Below are positions 20,502 to 26,081 of a stretch of 26,083 nt of DNA, in pieces (positions within the stretch are counted from its first letter, which is position 1; each line of letters starts with the position of its first letter). A program made the translations under genes and the position numbers. The notes under the pieces are model-generated. The model worked only from the letters and a program-made list of their open reading frames with translations. It did no database searches and was not told where the DNA came from. Origin of the DNA: a virus (Duplodnaviria; Caudoviricetes); the IMG/VR virus record IMGVR_UViG_3300027323_000004, positions 1 through 26,083 of that record. One strand, written 5' to 3'.

Positions 20502-20546
20502 TTGACATGGAAGAGGTCGGTGGTTCGAATCCACTCGTGCCTACCA
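20502..20546 (+). mobile_element. attP: attP core: 3' half of tRNA-Val(GAC), not a complete tRNA
   Basis: TTGACAT anticodon loop, T-arm GGTGG-TTCGAAT-CCACT, acceptor 3' strand CGTGCCT-A-CCA. No 5' half upstream. Lies about 70 bp past the integrase stop. Confidence 0.88.
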
Positions 20547-20550
20547 ATTA

Positions 20551-20563
20551 AATCAAAGACTTA
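20551..20563 (+). promoter_or_regulatory. IHF binding site, right of the att core
   Basis: AATCAA-AGAC-TTA matches WATCAANNNNTTR exactly. Confidence 0.65.
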
Positions 20564-20614
20564 CGTTGTTTTTGATATTTTTATTTGGCAAACTTTTTCA
20601 ATAGATTTTCCAAA

Positions 20615-21655
20615 CTACATTGAAATTTCTGTCCATTTTACTGAATCGTCGTCTAAATACACATCTGTCATGCTTTCTTTTGCATGTCCTAATAAAGCCT
20701 GAATAAATGCTTTAGAATATCCTTGTTGTTCATATTGTCTTGCTCCCAGTGATCTAATTTCATGGAAGGTTACGTTTTCTACGCCTGCCAATTTTGCATA
20801 TTTGGCAAAAGTCTTGCTGAGAAAGTCCGGTTTTACGCTGTTATCCAGTTTTTGTTTATCGTTTGCTCTACGTTTTGAATGACGATGCAGGATATAAGGG
20901 GAGAGTGGAACGGTTTTTGTGGCTTTAATAGACTTTGATAATTCAGGCCACATTAAAATTTTGAGATTAGCGGATTCTTTACCGGCTGATTTTGATTGCT
21001 GAATGTAAAAATAACTGCCTTTAATATCTGCGTAACGCATGGCACACAGATCACCACGCCGCTGCAAGCTAATCCTGGCTAATTCCATAGTGTTTTTGAA
21101 CCACTGGTCTGCTACATCATGTATTAGCTTGTAAGATACGCCTGTAAGCCGCTCTCGCTGTCTTTTAGGTGCGCGCTTACGCAAGGTTGCTTCGGCACAG
21201 TTAAATTGTACTAAGCCCTCAGAAATGGCGTATTTGAATATGTCTATCCACAGTTGACGGTGCTTGATGTAGGAATGCGGTTTAAATCTGGCTAAAAAAT
21301 CTTTCAGGCTCAATACGGTAACGTGCTGTATTGGGGGGAATTGCCCCTTGTATTGGTTTAATTTTTGTTTAATTGCCTTAATAGTTACTGGTCTATATTC
21401 TTTTGTTGGCAAATAATCTTTAACAAAATCATCTAATAGCGTGTCAAAATCTCCAGCTGTGCCTAATAAACCATAATCACACTGTTTTAATAATTGTGCG
21501 TTGGTGTCTTTTGCCAGTCTTATTGCTTCTGCGCGTGGCCGATTAACCGATATGGCACGTTTTGTAATCGGGTGAATGTATTTGAAGTAGCGACCATTAG
21601 GATAAAGGTTATCTGGCAGGTCGAGATTCCGTTTTTGTCGTCTGGGCATTGACAT
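20615..21655 (-). CDS. int: Lambda-type phage integrase (tyrosine recombinase)
   Basis: N-terminal arm-binding domain 'DLPDNLY....YFKYIHP.T'; catalytic QRRGDL, QQSKS, FHEIRSL, LLGH and DVY; adjacent to attP. Confidence 0.93.
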   Translation of the reverse strand: MSMPRRQKRNLDLPDNLYPNGRYFKYIHPITKRAISVNRPRAEAIRLAKDTNAQLLKQCDYGLLGTAGDFDTLLDDFVKDYLPTKEYRPVTIKAIKQKLNQYKGQFPPIQHVTVLSLKDFLARFKPHSYIKHRQLWIDIFKYAISEGLVQFNCAEATLRKRAPKRQRERLTGVSYKLIHDVADQWFKNTMELARISLQRRGDLCAMRYADIKGSYFYIQQSKSAGKESANLKILMWPELSKSIKATKTVPLSPYILHRHSKRRANDKQKLDNSVKPDFLSKTFAKYAKLAGVENVTFHEIRSLGARQYEQQGYSKAFIQALLGHAKESMTDVYLDDDSVKWTEISM

Positions 21656-21658
21656 AGA

Positions 21659-21853
21659 TTAACCCCTTAACATGGTGTTTTTCAAATTATCATCCGGAAC
21701 ACGCTCATTTTCGATGTGGGCGTAATAAGTGCCGGTCACGATCCTTTCCCCTGGAATCACCCCTAAGTCTATGTATCGTTTAAAAGTATTACTAGACACC
21801 TGAAATGAATCAGGCGTTTGTAAGTACTCTTGATATTTGACTTTTTTTATCAT
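21659..21853 (-). CDS. Probable excisionase (winged HTH)
   Basis: 64 aa directly upstream of int; 'SSNTFKRYIDLGVIPGERIVTGTYY' is Xis-like. Confidence 0.7.
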   Translation of the reverse strand: MIKKVKYQEYLQTPDSFQVSSNTFKRYIDLGVIPGERIVTGTYYAHIENERVPDDNLKNTMLRG

Positions 21854-21871
21854 GGCAAATATTAAATATCT

Positions 21872-22168
21872 TTATATTGCTCTAACAGGCGGCATTGATT
21901 TTCGGATACCCGCTAAAATACCAGACATGCCAATTCGTTCTTTCCACAATTCGCCATCAACAATCACGCGATACTGATCTATACGGCCAGACTTCATCAG
22001 TTCAAACAAATGCACTTCTTCGCCAAAGTCGTAATTTGTTATTAATATTGATTTTCGTAGTTCTGGTAATTCTTTAGGATACTCAGGCGTTAGTGATTCC
22101 AGGCGTATTCGCTCCTTCGCTGATCTCATTGCCGCGCACTGCTTCGCTTTTGCTGTTTGTCTGTACAT
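21872..22168 (-). CDS. Conserved phage hypothetical protein
   Basis: 98 aa; 'AAMRSAKERIRL...YP.ELPELR...YDFG...RID.YRV.VDG..W'. Confidence 0.65.
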   Translation of the reverse strand: MYRQTAKAKQCAAMRSAKERIRLESLTPEYPKELPELRKSILITNYDFGEEVHLFELMKSGRIDQYRVIVDGELWKERIGMSGILAGIRKSMPPVRAI

Positions 22169-22215
22169 TATTTACTCAGCACCTTGCAAGCTCTTCATAT
22201 TCTTCTGTTATAAAC

Positions 22216-22857
22216 CTAAAACATTGCAGCCTGTCTAGTCTCACGGTCAAACCGTTCCATAGCTGCATCGTAATAATCTTTGTCAATTTCACACCCTACG
22301 AAGTCACAGCCAAAGTAATGGGCGGCTATTGCACTGCTCATTGATCCAGCATGTGTGTCTAATATTCTCATGTCAGGCGTGGCATAGTTTTTTAAGAGCC
22401 ACTTATAAAGTTGCACAGGTTTTTGTGTTGGGTGTATTCTGTTTTCTGGTTGTTGTTTTTTAAAACCATTCCATAACCATTCAAACATCATTGCTGGCTT
22501 ATCTAATGTTGTCGATGCAAGTTCAAAACGGGAATAATTGCCAGAAGTTTTTTTATCCCAACAGATCACACCTCTTGACGGCCAAACCTGTTTAAAATAA
22601 TTAGCTCCCCATATTATTTGCTCATTAGACACTCTTTTTAGCTCTTCAAAATATTCTGTATTTGGGGGGCATTTATCCCACTCTGGACTATGGTAATTTT
22701 TATCTATTGGCGAACTCCACCTATCGCTATTAGCTGCCCCGCTTTGCCCTTTAATCCCAATGCCATAAGGCGGATCAACAATAGCCAAATCAAAGCTATT
22801 ATCAGGCTGGTTAGCCATGTACTCCATACAATCAATATTTAGTAATTCTATTGTCAT
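22216..22857 (-). CDS. DNA N6-adenine/N4-cytosine methyltransferase, beta class (cassette 1)
   Basis: 'DCMEYM...FDLAIVDPPY', 'IIWGANYF', 'HPTQKPV.LY.WLL' and 'ILDTHAGSMSS...GCEIDKDYY'. Confidence 0.93.
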   Translation of the reverse strand: MTIELLNIDCMEYMANQPDNSFDLAIVDPPYGIGIKGQSGAANSDRWSSPIDKNYHSPEWDKCPPNTEYFEELKRVSNEQIIWGANYFKQVWPSRGVICWDKKTSGNYSRFELASTTLDKPAMMFEWLWNGFKKQQPENRIHPTQKPVQLYKWLLKNYATPDMRILDTHAGSMSSAIAAHYFGCDFVGCEIDKDYYDAAMERFDRETRQAAMF

Positions 22858-22877
22858 TCTGTTATCCTAAAAACGGT

Positions 22878-22938
22878 TTATAACAAGGCAATTAAGCGCG
22901 ACGGCAAAACACGCCGCGCCTTATTTTTATCGTTAGTT
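22878..22938 (+). repeat. attC: attC-like site 1
   Basis: R'' TTATAAC - AAGGC - L'' AATTAAGC - GCGACGGC AAAACAC GCCGCG - L' CCTTATT - TTTATC - R' GTTAGTT (61 bp). Confidence 0.85.
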
Positions 22939-23106
22939 GCCTAAGCTCGCATCTTTGATTCTGCGTTTGCGAAGCCTGGTCTCATGTTTCCGCATCTCAT
23001 CCAAATCATCTTTATGCACATAAAAATCATTACGTTTAAACAAACCGCCCGCGCTTAATCTAGCGCGGCGGTCTGACTGTCTTTGTTTGTTTGTTAATGC
23101 AGTCAT
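22933..23106 (-). CDS. 57-aa basic protein, putative ribbon-helix-helix-like regulator (cassette 2); missing from the ORF track
   Basis: MTALTNKQRQSDRRARLSAGGLFKRNDFYVHKDDLDEMRKHETRLRKRRIKDASLGN*. ATGA-coupled to the upstream gene; its TAA stop lies in R' of attC1. Confidence 0.7.
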   Translation of the reverse strand: MTALTNKQRQSDRRARLSAGGLFKRNDFYVHKDDLDEMRKHETRLRKRRIKDASLGN

Positions 23107-23360
23107 TTTATTAATTTTCCGGCTCCTAACTCATTGTATCTAAACTCCATGCGAGCGCCATTTTTACCATAAGCTGTAGCATCTATTGTTTGCTTAAATC
23201 TTGTCAGTGCAGCGTCACTACTAACGTTGTCTGGTATATTAGTTATACGCCTTATCTGCAAAGATGCGCTATTAAAATCACAGGTTTCAGATCGTGGATC
23301 ACCGAGGGTTGTACAAACAGACATTATTTTTACTGTTGTTTTTACCATTATTGATTTCAT
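23103..23360 (-). CDS. Hypothetical protein (cassette 2)
   Basis: 85 aa, tightly packed between its neighbours, with a GGAAG RBS-like sequence upstream. Confidence 0.6.
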   Translation of the reverse strand: MKSIMVKTTVKIMSVCTTLGDPRSETCDFNSASLQIRRITNIPDNVSSDAALTRFKQTIDATAYGKNGARMEFRYNELGAGKLIK

Positions 23361-23362
23361 TT

Positions 23363-23800
23363 TTAATCTCTTCCTTCGATTGCTGCTTTGTAACCAGCGC
23401 TATTTTTTATGCGCTCATGCTTTTCAGTTTCTTCGCGTTCGTATTCTGCTTTTTCTTTTTCAACTTCTTCTGGGTATTTTTCAGCCCACTCTTTTTGAGC
23501 TTCTTCAAGAGCCATTCTTGCTTTTATTATCCGGCTAGGGTCTGAGTAGCTAGCATTTTCGGCATTGTATAACTCACTCATTGCTTTGCCGATTATTTGA
23601 CTATGGTCTTTTTCTGTCTGAGTACGCTCATCAATGTTTTCGATTTTGTATGATAAGCACTCGCCTTTGCCTGCTTTAAGCGTTGCTGCTTTTATCTGAT
23701 CAAACATTGGATCAGATATGCCACCAGGAAATTTATCAGTTATATTAATAATCTCAGTATGGCCTTCAGGTCTTTTGATTTTTATAGTTGTTTTTCTCAT
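23363..23800 (-). CDS. Hypothetical charged protein (first gene of cassette 2)
   Basis: A strong RBS GGAGAAGGA favours the ATG at 23800 (MRKTTIKIKRPEG..., 145 aa) over the tracked TTG start. Confidence 0.7.
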   Translation of the reverse strand: MRKTTIKIKRPEGHTEIINITDKFPGGISDPMFDQIKAATLKAGKGECLSYKIENIDERTQTEKDHSQIIGKAMSELYNAENASYSDPSRIIKARMALEEAQKEWAEKYPEEVEKEKAEYEREETEKHERIKNSAGYKAAIEGRD

Positions 23801-23847
23801 ATCCTTCTCCGTTTTTTGGTTTCGCCCTTTGCTCAACCTATAACTAT

Positions 23848-23876
23848 ATATTACTCCTGTTACCGGTAACAGTCAA
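23848..23876 (-). promoter_or_regulatory. Sigma70-like promoter with a 16-bp palindromic operator
   Basis: TTGACT-N17-TAATAT on the - strand; perfect palindrome CTGTTACCGGTAACAG (23857-23872) covers the spacer and the edge of the -35. Confidence 0.72.
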
Positions 23877-23920
23877 GAGATAAACGCCAAATAATAGAAA
23901 TAAGTTACAAATAAAACGGC

Positions 23921-23992
23921 AACTAACAAAACGCTGCACCGGAATTTTGTTACGCTGCGCTTCACAAAATCCCGTGAGCTGCATCGTTATGC
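23921..23992 (+). repeat. attC: attC-like site 2
   Basis: AACTAAC - AAAAC - GCTGCACC - GGAATTTTGT...ACAAAATCC - CGTGAGC - TGCATC - GTTATGC (72 bp). Confidence 0.85.
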
Positions 23993-24304
23993 GTCAGGAA
24001 CATTTACCGTATGCTCAAAGTCAATGTAGTCGCCACAATGTTTATCTCCACTGCATAAACACGCACCTGGATGATTTAAACGACCACGCTTTGAGCAAAA
24101 TTGCACCATCGCCGGGAGTGTCGGGTCATACGAAACATCGCGCAACCAAAATACCTGGCCGTTAGCAGTGGCCTGTTTCTTGGCTATATAATTATCAGTA
24201 AAATCAAGGAATTTACAGGCATTGAAACGCATAACAAGGCATTCAACTGGACTTGCTGTTTCAGTGGGCTTTTTAACTTCTGTGTTTTCGTTCATGTTCG
24301 TCAT
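23987..24304 (-). CDS. Cys-rich hypothetical protein (cassette 3) whose start lies inside attC3
   Basis: GGAG at 24314-24317, then ATG 24304 (MTNMNENTE...); TAA stop in R' of attC2. Confidence 0.65.
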   Translation of the reverse strand: MTNMNENTEVKKPTETASPVECLVMRFNACKFLDFTDNYIAKKQATANGQVFWLRDVSYDPTLPAMVQFCSKRGRLNHPGACLCSGDKHCGDYIDFEHTVNVPDA

Positions 24305-24359
24305 GTTATTTATCTCCAGCGCTCGCATTCCGCAAGCAAGTTAATTTAATCGGTTATAA
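24229..24359 (+). repeat. attC: attC-like site 3 (long)
   Basis: GCATAAC - AAGGC - ATTCAACT - GGACTTGC...GCAAGCA - AGTTAAT - TTAATCG - GTTATAA (131 bp). L''/L' pair perfectly with the canonical extra C. Confidence 0.82.
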
Positions 24360-24668
24360 CTTAACACCCAAATCATCAGCCATCATGTTGCCATTTATGT
24401 CTGTAAACCCATCAATCCATGTAAACAGCTCACCGATTGCCGGACCCTCGTCATCAAATAATCCGTAATCTGACATTAATGATCTTGCTGCTTTACATAT
24501 ATCAGTGCAATCATCGCACTGTTTAAATGTCATAAAATCACCATCCCATTTACCAGTGATGTTTAAATATTTATCACCTGGCTTTATTGTTTTATGACAC
24601 TCGCAGCATTTATGCTCAATTCTTGCTGTCGGCGTTGTTTCGTTGTAAATTGTCGGTAAATCGCACAT
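24354..24668 (-). CDS. Phage Zn-finger protein (cassette 4)
   Basis: 'TARIEHKCCECHKTIKPGDKY....GKWDGDF.TFKQCDDC'; TAA stop in R' of attC3. Confidence 0.75.
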   Translation of the reverse strand: MCDLPTIYNETTPTARIEHKCCECHKTIKPGDKYLNITGKWDGDFMTFKQCDDCTDICKAARSLMSDYGLFDDEGPAIGELFTWIDGFTDINGNMMADDLGVKL

Positions 24669-24683
24669 GAATTTAATCCAAAG

Positions 24684-24771
24684 TTATAACAATAAAATTA
24701 ACGCAGACCGCCCATACGCTGTTTGGTTTCAACCAGGCTGTGCAGCGGCTGGTTATTAAAAGTCGTTATGT
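24684..24771 (+). repeat. attC: attC-like site 4
   Basis: TTATAAC - AATAA - AATTAACG - CAGACCGC...TGGTT TC AACCA...GCGGCT - GGTTATT - AAAAGTC - GTTATGT (88 bp). Confidence 0.8.
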
Positions 24772-25017
24772 TGTAACAATTCCGCCGCAGTACGGGCAGT
24801 AAACAACGCCATTATCAAGTATTTCACCACCCTCAAAATTCCAGCCATTGCCACACGTTGTTTGGTAATAACCATCGTTATCAAATGTCCAATTGCATTC
24901 ACGAGCCAGTTCGTCAACAGCCTCCCTTAGTATGTTTGCTGTTTTTCTGCTTGCTACATGCGGAGCCATTCCCCTGACTAAATCTCTACCAATATTTACA
25001 ATTTCAATTCTGTTCAT
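24766..25017 (-). CDS. Phage Zn-ribbon protein (cassette 5)
   Basis: 'CNW.....YYQTTCG...F...........YCPYCGG'; GGAG RBS; TAA stop in R' of attC4. Confidence 0.75.
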   Translation of the reverse strand: MNRIEIVNIGRDLVRGMAPHVASRKTANILREAVDELARECNWTFDNDGYYQTTCGNGWNFEGGEILDNGVVYCPYCGGIVTT

Positions 25018-25031
25018 AATTTAAACTCCAA

Positions 25032-25105
25032 ACATAACAAGGCGCATTAAGTCGGACATTTTGTCCGCTGCGCTCCCAAAATTCCGCTTATGCGCGACGT
25101 TATAT
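25032..25105 (+). repeat. attC: attC-like site 5
   Basis: ACATAAC - AAGGCG - CATTAAGT - CGGACATTTTG...CAAAATTCC - GCTTATG - CGCGAC - GTTATAT (74 bp). Confidence 0.85.
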
Positions 25106-25480
25106 GGCTATAGGTAATTCGCCGTCAGGCAAAATCCACAGCCAGTAAATATTGTGGTAATCCTGCACTTTTGTAACTGCTGGATAAAATTCGACTCCAG
25201 TAGCGTCGTCACCAAACAATTCGTTTTTTATCGCCTGCATTTCGCGCCAGTGGTTGGGTATCGGTTTATCATCATGCCGCTGCACCATTGCTTTTATTGC
25301 AGTTATTCCGCCAGTCATATTCGCGTTATCATCAATCATCACAACATATCGGTTGTTCTTAAATGCTCTCGTCATCCAATCAGGATGGCTTTGCAAATTC
25401 AAATCAACAGGCAACAATTTACCTCTCGGTTTTTTCAGTAGCTTTCGTGCTGCTGATTTTTGTGCTTTATTTCTACTCAT
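25100..25480 (-). CDS. Conserved phage protein, DUF7694-like (cassette 6)
   Basis: 'QRHDDKPI..HWREMQAIKNELFG....GVEFYP......D..NIYWLW'; TAA stop in R' of attC5. Confidence 0.7.
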   Translation of the reverse strand: MSRNKAQKSAARKLLKKPRGKLLPVDLNLQSHPDWMTRAFKNNRYVVMIDDNANMTGGITAIKAMVQRHDDKPIPNHWREMQAIKNELFGDDATGVEFYPAVTKVQDYHNIYWLWILPDGELPIAI

Positions 25481-25491
25481 GTAAAATCACC

Positions 25492-25516
25492 ATATAACAA
25501 GGCGGTCAACTCGGAC
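25492..25516 (+). repeat. attC-like half site 6 (left arm only)
   Basis: ATATAAC - AAGGC - GGTCAACT - CGGAC, with no correctly spaced L'/R' downstream. Confidence 0.7.
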
Positions 25517-25527
25517 ATTCATTCTCA

Positions 25528-25716
25528 TTAAAATGCTCCTGTAGCTATTTTTTGTACGCTAGACCCTGGTACTCCGGTTATTCGGCTTATGCCTTCAAGC
25601 GTCAAAAATCCATGATTATTTACTTTACCAGTGCCTCGGCAAAACCAGTATAAATACGTAACCAGGCAACGGGTTGCTCTGCTGTGTTTTAGTCTGTTAT
25701 TTGTGTGATTAGTCAT
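25528..25716 (-). CDS. Small HTH-like protein
   Basis: 'TLEGISRITGVPGSSVQKIATG' is HTH-like; TAATG-coupled to the upstream gene. Confidence 0.55.
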   Translation of the reverse strand: MTNHTNNRLKHSRATRCLVTYLYWFCRGTGKVNNHGFLTLEGISRITGVPGSSVQKIATGAF

Positions 25717-26081
25717 TAAGCAGCCTTATCCTGTTGCAGTTTTATATACAATTCATCAACCGCTTTTAGCAGTTTCTTTTGTACGCGAAGCGCCACCGCT
25801 TTCAGTTTTTTATCCTCAACTAACGGCATGTTTTGTATAGCTGCTTGGACATCATCAGCGTAATCACAAAGCACCCGTTCCGGGGACAATTCATTTGGTT
25901 TTTCAATATGCTTTTTAATTAATTCTGGTTGCGCATCTACTGGCTGCTCAATACGTTTCGCTTCAACACGTTCTGCTTCAAGTCTTTCAGCTTCAATACG
26001 CAGATCTTCAACACGTTCTGCTTCAAGTCTTTCAGCTTCAATACGCAGATCTTCAACACGTTCTGCTTCAAGTCTTTCAGC
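25716..26081 (-). CDS. C-terminal part of a coiled-coil phage protein (5'-truncated by the window edge; not in the ORF track)
   Basis: Open frame (AERLEAERVEDLRIE)x2-AERLEAERVEAKRIEQPVDAQ...KLQQDKAA*. Confidence 0.7.
   Translation of the reverse strand, partial: AERLEAERVEDLRIEAERLEAERVEDLRIEAERLEAERVEAKRIEQPVDAQPELIKKHIEKPNELSPERVLCDYADDVQAAIQNMPLVEDKKLKAVALRVQKKLLKAVDELYIKLQQDKAA

Larger units (their letters stand above)
22207..25516 (+). mobile_element. Array of six integron-like gene cassettes (CALIN-like) with ORFs antisense to the attC top strand
   Basis: Five complete attC-like sites and one half site. Cassettes span 22208-22932, 22933-23986, 23987-24353, 24354-24765, 24766-25099 and 25100-~25516, each with 8-10 bp self-complementary ends. 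Confidence 0.85.

Noticed and set aside
20470-20546. A complete tRNA gene
   Set aside because: No D-arm or 5' acceptor strand; only the 3' half is present.
20615-21655. The tyrosine recombinase as the integron integrase for the array
   Set aside because: It has a lambda-type arm-binding N-terminus, an adjacent xis and a tRNA attP. I see no IntI-type motifs or the IntI-specific insertion, and it is not next to an attI.
22878-25105. The intergenic palindromes as plain terminators, REP elements or CRISPR repeats
   Set aside because: They lack U-tracts, are not identical or regularly spaced, and show R/L box architecture with cross-cassette end complementarity.
25573-25592. TCCGGTTATTCGGCTTATGC as the right arm of attC6
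   Set aside because: Spacing is wrong, it has CTT instead of GTT, and it lies in the HTH coding region; at best a degenerate remnant.
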